Assembly: GCA_048941015.1 (NCBI GenBank)
Contig: JBHLNZ010000025.1
Span: 1,591-44,452 of the forward strand
Direction of reading: 5' to 3'
Length of the DNA: 42,862 nt
From: Promethearchaeota archaeon
GTDB taxonomy: Archaea > Asgardarchaeota > Lokiarchaeia > Sigyniarchaeales > SOKP01
In this document: positions 37,898 through 42,862 of the stretch, piece after piece
How positions within the stretch are numbered: the stretch's first letter is position 1
How the letters are laid out: each line of letters starts with the position of its first letter
Made by a program: the position numbers and the translations under genes
The notes under the pieces: generated by a model
Seen by the model: only the letters and a program-made list of their open reading frames with translations
Told to the model about the DNA's origin: nothing
Databases searched by the model: none

Positions 37898-39465
37898 TGT
37901 AAATCACCTTTTCTACTTAATTTTTCTAAAGTTAGAAGTGCTGAAGTATATCCGTCAGACATAGCACTACTATATCCATGAACCCTTCTTCCAAAACCTC
38001 CAGCAAATTCAAGTCCTTTTATATAGACGTCTTGCCCCATCATCATTAATCTGGGAATTAAAGAATCCCAAGATTCCGGTTCATAACCATATATGATACC
38101 ATTATATGTTCTTGTAAATCTTGCGTAAGTTACAGGCGTAGATACTTCGATTTCTTCTATATGATCTCTTATCGAAGAGCCCGTTGCTTGTTCAAAATCT
38201 ATAATTAATTTTTCAGCTATCTCATTTTTAATTCTAAAATAATCTTCTGGTTTAATATTTTCCCATGCTTCTGGCTTAAAAAGTGTTGTTATGTACATTA
38301 TACAGGTTCCTGGAGGAGAACAATCAGGATTTACAACATTTAGAACTACTGTAGCTTGACCTGCAGGTGCTTTAAGTTCTTTCCAAGAATCGTATATTTT
38401 TTCAGTTTTCATTGAATCCATAATGAAATAACTATATTCTTTAAGCCCTAATTTTTCAGCACTAACATCCAACCCTAAATATACACAGAAACCTGATAAT
38501 CCATGAATTCTTGCATTTACATCTTTAAATGCAATCTCAGGAACTTCTGATTTTGGGTAAATTAGTTTATTATAAGTTAATGTCGGAGAAGCATTACAGA
38601 TTACATAATTAGTTTTGATTCTATCTCCCTTTGATGTTTCAATACCGATAACGTTTCCATTCTCTACAAGGATCTTTTCTACTCTGGTGTTATATTCAAT
38701 TTTGCCTCCATATTCTCTAATTTTAACATCAAAAGCAGTAGTATACTCATGAGAACGGTTTTTTGGAATATAACCTCCACGTAATATATAAACTAAAACC
38801 ATAGAAGCATAAATTGTAAAGTTTATTCTACTCATAGGGAGTCCCATATAAGCCCAATATCCATTGAGAATGTTTTGTGCTCTGTCAGGGATTCCTAAAG
38901 CGTCTTCAACTTCCTTAGTAGAATATGCTGCAGTTTTAAGAAAATTTGAGTATTCCTTCATCAAAATCCCCTGATCGGGCTTTCCATGTGTTTTTCCAAA
39001 ATATTCGAATGCTTCCCTAATTTCTTGAGCAACATCAAAGAATTTTTGAACCGATGCTTTACTACCAGGTACTTCTTTTTCAATAGTATCAATAAAATCC
39101 TCTATACCAAATGGTAAAGTAATATCTAATTTATCTTCTGGATTAGTTAAAATTAGTCTGTATGCCTCTGGTACGCGTAAAAATTCAGCATCTAAATTAA
39201 ATTTATCTTCTAGCATTGTTCTAATACTTCCTTTATTTTCTTGAGGACCATAACTAGCTAATTCATGGAGGGATGTCTCAAATTCAAACCTACCCCTTAC
39301 AAAACTAGAAGCAAATCCACCCGGTAAGTTATGTTGTTCTAAAAGTAAAACCTTTTTTCCAGCTTTAGCTATTTGGGCTGTAGCTGCTAATCCTCCATTA
39401 CCAGCACCGATGACTACAACATCATAAGTATCTATTATTTCTTTTTCTTTATTTTCAGCAAACAT
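37894..39465 (-). CDS. Phytoene desaturase / retinol saturase-like (COG1233) FAD oxidoreductase
   Basis: DVVVIGAGNGGL, EQHNLPGG..F.RG.FEFE, TPVTYARFT..GIIYG, GLEFAG. Start placed at ATG 39465 (GGGGT SD-like upstream) instead of the track's 39525. Confidence 0.88.
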   Translation of the reverse strand: MFAENKEKEIIDTYDVVVIGAGNGGLAATAQIAKAGKKVLLLEQHNLPGGFASSFVRGRFEFETSLHELASYGPQENKGSIRTMLEDKFNLDAEFLRVPEAYRLILTNPEDKLDITLPFGIEDFIDTIEKEVPGSKASVQKFFDVAQEIREAFEYFGKTHGKPDQGILMKEYSNFLKTAAYSTKEVEDALGIPDRAQNILNGYWAYMGLPMSRINFTIYASMVLVYILRGGYIPKNRSHEYTTAFDVKIREYGGKIEYNTRVEKILVENGNVIGIETSKGDRIKTNYVICNASPTLTYNKLIYPKSEVPEIAFKDVNARIHGLSGFCVYLGLDVSAEKLGLKEYSYFIMDSMKTEKIYDSWKELKAPAGQATVVLNVVNPDCSPPGTCIMYITTLFKPEAWENIKPEDYFRIKNEIAEKLIIDFEQATGSSIRDHIEEIEVSTPVTYARFTRTYNGIIYGYEPESWDSLIPRLMMMGQDVYIKGLEFAGGFGRRVHGYSSAMSDGYTSALLTLEKLSRKGDLQ

Positions 39466-39668
39466 TATTATAACCCCTATTTCTTTTACAAAATTTAATA
39501 TTACGTCAATAAATCTATAAAACAATTTATCTTTTTTTTATCCCAGAAATTATTATACTTAATTGTCAATAAAATAAGATCCAATAAAATCGAAATTTTA
39601 ATTTCAATAAACTTAAAATACAGTATTAGTTAATCTATTAATTAATACGATTTTAAAGTGATATCTAA

Positions 39669-42635
39669 ATGAGCGATTTAGAAATAGAAGAAAAAATTGA
39701 AGACTTTAAAAGTCAATTGAATTTATTAGCAATGATTTTTGATACTAGAAGAAAAATGCGAAGGGAAATATATAATGAAAAAACGGGTTTTATTTTTAAT
39801 GCTAAATATCAATTTACAACGAAAGATAATGCTGTTAATGTTTATGTAATTTTTAAGGATGGAAAGATGACTGTTGGCGAAGGGGCTATTGATAATCCTA
39901 ATATTACAATATATTATAAAGATAAGGAAACTTTGGCGCATCTATATGATAAGAGTGCTGAAGAATCTCTAGATTATCTTTTAACTAACGAGATGGGTTA
40001 CACAGGGAATATGTCATACCTCACAAAATTCTCGTATTTAACTTCACTTGTAATGGGCGCTAAAATTAAAGACTATAAAGGCCCTGAAAATCGATTAATC
40101 TATCCCATCGAAGATATTGATAAAGCAAAGAAAAGCAGAAGATTAAAGAATGAAAGTTTAAATCGTAAAATTGATAATGTCCAAGTTTTAGAGGATCCAT
40201 ATTTAGAAAAATATTCAATCGATGATTTTCCACGATTAAAGTATTTAAAGAATAGAAGATTTGCCTTAAAACCCGCAATTTGTGTCGAACGTGCAAAATT
40301 GGTAACAGAATATCATAAAGAGAATGGTTTTGAATTTGATAAACAAGGTAATCCATTTGATCCCGAACTGCGCCAAGCGGGAGCGGTAAATTATATTATG
40401 ACTAATAAGACGCCTATAATACATGAAAAACATCTATTAGCAGGGTCAACTACTACAAAGGAAGTAGGAATCCCTATGTATCCCGAACTTATTGCTACAG
40501 CCATCTGGCCTGAATTGAAAACTATTTGCGATCGTGAACTAAATCCAAATGATATTTCGGATAAAGATGCTGATATTTTAAGTTTAGAAGTCTTCCCTTA
40601 TTGGATGGAGAGGAATGTTAGGGAATATTGTAGAGCTAAATTTAATTATCCTAAATCACAAAAACTTGAAGAAGGGTGGGTTTTCTATTTCATGATGAAA
40701 ACCAACGCTATAAGCCACACAGTTCCGGGATTTCCGATGGTAATTAATGAGGGATTGATTAGTGTTAAAGAAAGAGCAGCTGAAATGGAACTTAAAGCCA
40801 CTTCTTCAGAAAAACAAAATTTTTACAAAGCTGTGCAGATTGCGATTGATGGTATTATAAATTATTCTAACCATTTAAGTGAAGAAGCATTAAGATTAGC
40901 AGAATCTCTAGATCCTAGTGATCCAGAGCAAGCAATTCGCATAAATGAATTAAAGGAAATCTCTAGAATATGTAAAAAAGTACCCGCTAATCCTGCTGAA
41001 ACGTTACGTGAAGCAATTCAATCTATATGGACTAGCTTTGTGTGTTTACATTGTGAAAATGCTAATTCTGCATTATCAATAGGACGATTAGATCAAATGC
41101 TACAACCATTCTTTTTAAAAGAGATAAAAAAGTGTAAGAATGATGAAGAAAGAGAAGAATATATAAAAAAGGCGATTGAACTTGTTGGATCCTTATTTGT
41201 CAGAATTAATGATCATGATCCACTGATGCCAAATGTAGGATGGAAATTATTTGGTGGAAGTTCTTCTGATGACACTGTAACCGTGGGAGGTGTTGATAGG
41301 GCTGGAAAGAATGCTGTGAATGATATGACTTTTATTATTTTAAAAACCAATGAAATGCTTGGATTTCAAGATCCTAATATGAACGCTCGATATTATTCGG
41401 GTATTAATTCAAAAGAATATTTGAGGCGCCTTTGTGAAGTAAATGTAAATATGGGAGCATCTCCCAGCATCCATAATGATAGAACTATGATTGAAGCCCT
41501 AGTCCATGAAGACTTTTCACTTGAAGACGCGAGAGATTGGGGTGCGACTGGATGTGTAGAACCCACAATCATTGGTAAGCATTATGGTCATACTAATTGC
41601 ATGCTTTTAAATCTTGTTGCTCCTTTAGAGATGGCATTGAATAATGGAGTTATACCACTTACTGGAGAACTGGTTGGTATTAATACAGGTGATGTAAGAA
41701 CTTCTTTTCCAACATTCGAAGACTTTCTTAATGCTTATAAAACTCAACTTAAATATTTGGCAGAACAATCAATTGAGATCAATAATTATCTCGGAGAAGC
41801 TCATAAGTATGTACATCCTACACCTTTATTATCTGGATTTTATAAGGGACCATTAGAAAAAGGTATAGACCTCATTCATGGTGGAGCTGTTTATAACACT
41901 TCTGGAGTTGCTTTAGTTGCTTTAACAGATGTAGTTGATAGTTTATTAGTTATAAGAGATTTGGTCTATAAGAAGAAAGAATTCGATTTTGGACAATTAA
42001 TGGATGCTATCCAAAATGACTTTGATAATGGTTATGCCAATATCCTTAAAAAAATAGAGCAAGTACCAAAATTTGGTTCTGGTGAAGATGGAACTCTAGA
42101 ACTGGCTCAAGATTTAGTTGATTTTTGCTATGATATATATAATTCTGCTGAAAATTATAGAGGTGGTAAATATTTGGTTGGTTACTGGTCGATTAGCTAT
42201 CATACAGGATTTGGGATGCTTACAGGAGCTTTACCTTCAGGAAGAAAAAAGGGAAAAGCCTTAACTCCTGGTTTAACACCTGCTCCTGGTACAACCGATA
42301 TCTTATTACCAAGCATTCAAAGTATTGCCTCATTAGATTATTTAAAAATGGCAAATAATGCCTCTTATAATGTTAAATTGGTACCCCATCCAGGAGATAC
42401 GCATGAACAAACCCTTGATCTTTTTACTAGCTATGTCCAAAGCTTTTTTGACTTAAATGGGATGCAATGGCAATTTAATGTAATAACTTCAGATACATTG
42501 AGAGATGCGATGGAAAATCCAGTTGACTATCGTTGGTTATTAGTTCGAGTTTCAGGATATAATGCGTATTTTACAAAATTAAATAAAAATATGCAATTAG
42601 AAATAATTGAACGGCATGAATATAAATCGCATTAA
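39669..42635 (+). CDS. Glycyl radical enzyme (eliminase-type motifs) with N-terminal SCP2-like lipid-binding domain
   Basis: ICVERAKLVTEY, PAETLREAIQSIW, SIGRLDQ, GCVEP (Cys629), ALPSGRK, QWQFNV, LLVRVSGYNAYF (Gly963). N-terminal ~125 aa has the SCP2 pattern. Confidence 0.93.
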   Translation: MSDLEIEEKIEDFKSQLNLLAMIFDTRRKMRREIYNEKTGFIFNAKYQFTTKDNAVNVYVIFKDGKMTVGEGAIDNPNITIYYKDKETLAHLYDKSAEESLDYLLTNEMGYTGNMSYLTKFSYLTSLVMGAKIKDYKGPENRLIYPIEDIDKAKKSRRLKNESLNRKIDNVQVLEDPYLEKYSIDDFPRLKYLKNRRFALKPAICVERAKLVTEYHKENGFEFDKQGNPFDPELRQAGAVNYIMTNKTPIIHEKHLLAGSTTTKEVGIPMYPELIATAIWPELKTICDRELNPNDISDKDADILSLEVFPYWMERNVREYCRAKFNYPKSQKLEEGWVFYFMMKTNAISHTVPGFPMVINEGLISVKERAAEMELKATSSEKQNFYKAVQIAIDGIINYSNHLSEEALRLAESLDPSDPEQAIRINELKEISRICKKVPANPAETLREAIQSIWTSFVCLHCENANSALSIGRLDQMLQPFFLKEIKKCKNDEEREEYIKKAIELVGSLFVRINDHDPLMPNVGWKLFGGSSSDDTVTVGGVDRAGKNAVNDMTFIILKTNEMLGFQDPNMNARYYSGINSKEYLRRLCEVNVNMGASPSIHNDRTMIEALVHEDFSLEDARDWGATGCVEPTIIGKHYGHTNCMLLNLVAPLEMALNNGVIPLTGELVGINTGDVRTSFPTFEDFLNAYKTQLKYLAEQSIEINNYLGEAHKYVHPTPLLSGFYKGPLEKGIDLIHGGAVYNTSGVALVALTDVVDSLLVIRDLVYKKKEFDFGQLMDAIQNDFDNGYANILKKIEQVPKFGSGEDGTLELAQDLVDFCYDIYNSAENYRGGKYLVGYWSISYHTGFGMLTGALPSGRKKGKALTPGLTPAPGTTDILLPSIQSIASLDYLKMANNASYNVKLVPHPGDTHEQTLDLFTSYVQSFFDLNGMQWQFNVITSDTLRDAMENPVDYRWLLVRVSGYNAYFTKLNKNMQLEIIERHEYKSH

Positions 42636-42715
42636 TTTAATTGTTTTTTTAAATTTTAATCTAAATTTTTATTTTTTACATTTTTTATTTTCTTGGATTA
42701 ACAAAATACTTTACT

Positions 42716-42862
42716 ATGATAGAAAAAACATTAATATTAGATATTAAAAGGAATGCATTAGATGATGGACCAGGGATAAGAACACTAGTTTTTTTTAAAG
42801 GTTGTCCACTTTCATGTGTATGGTGTCAAAATCCAGAAGCTAAATCTCCATTTAAAGAGCTA
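42716..42862 (+). CDS. Glycyl-radical enzyme activating enzyme (partial, runs off window end)
   Basis: Not in the ORF track. [41 protein letters not shown] carries the GRE-activase signature DGPGIRT..FxKGCxxxCxxCxNPE. Confidence 0.93.
   Translation, partial: MIEKTLILDIKRNALDDGPGIRTLVFFKGCPLSCVWCQNPEAKSPFKEL

Noticed and set aside
1137-40356. Short overlapping or antisense ORFs in the track (e.g. 1137-1322, 4660-4863, 5679-5873, 6707-6925, 11178-11366, 13974-14243, 15445-15795, 16774-17142, 21318-21530, 22061-22261, 23169-23417, 24953-25334, 37686-37964, 39726-39941, 40066-40356)
   Set aside because: They are shadow frames of well-supported genes and carry no recognisable motifs.
39669-42635. 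Calling the GRE pyruvate formate-lyase or an alkyl/benzylsuccinate synthase
   Set aside because: It has a single Cys in GCVEP rather than the PFL CC pair or the CMSP-type loop, and no small Fe-S accessory subunit genes are adjacent within the window.

Overview
AT-rich archaeal chromosomal window, most consistent with an Asgard archaeon (Lokiarchaeia-like). This is inferred from an archaeal SRP RNA, TrmB and Lrp regulators, a split archaeal glutamate synthase, a longin-like protein and a Loki-CTERM-like tail. Most genes are ordinary housekeeping or metabolic genes: glutamate synthase subunits, pepF, guaA, two tandem gdhA, a nucleotide-sugar dehydrogenase, rhomboid, GH172, uS10, IMPase/FBPase, mpg, two Ldh_2 paralogs and a CDF transporter. 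No CRISPR array, tRNA, rRNA or mobile element was seen. The standout locus is at the right end. A 988-aa glycyl radical enzyme (GCVEP Cys loop, RVSGY Gly loop) carries an N-terminal SCP2-like lipid-binding domain and is followed by its radical SAM activase. It is divergent from a coupled CrtI/RetSat-like flavoprotein plus FNR-[2Fe-2S] reductase pair, suggesting an uncharacterised anaerobic radical lipid/isoprenoid-modifying system. Other notable items are an unannotated 48-codon ORF with an in-frame UGA in a CxxU motif and a 3' hairpin (candidate tiny selenoprotein), a stand-alone Not4-type C4C4 RING finger, a Bud23/WBSCR22-like methyltransferase and a Whirly-like protein. All family assignments come from motif recognition by eye, with no database searches.
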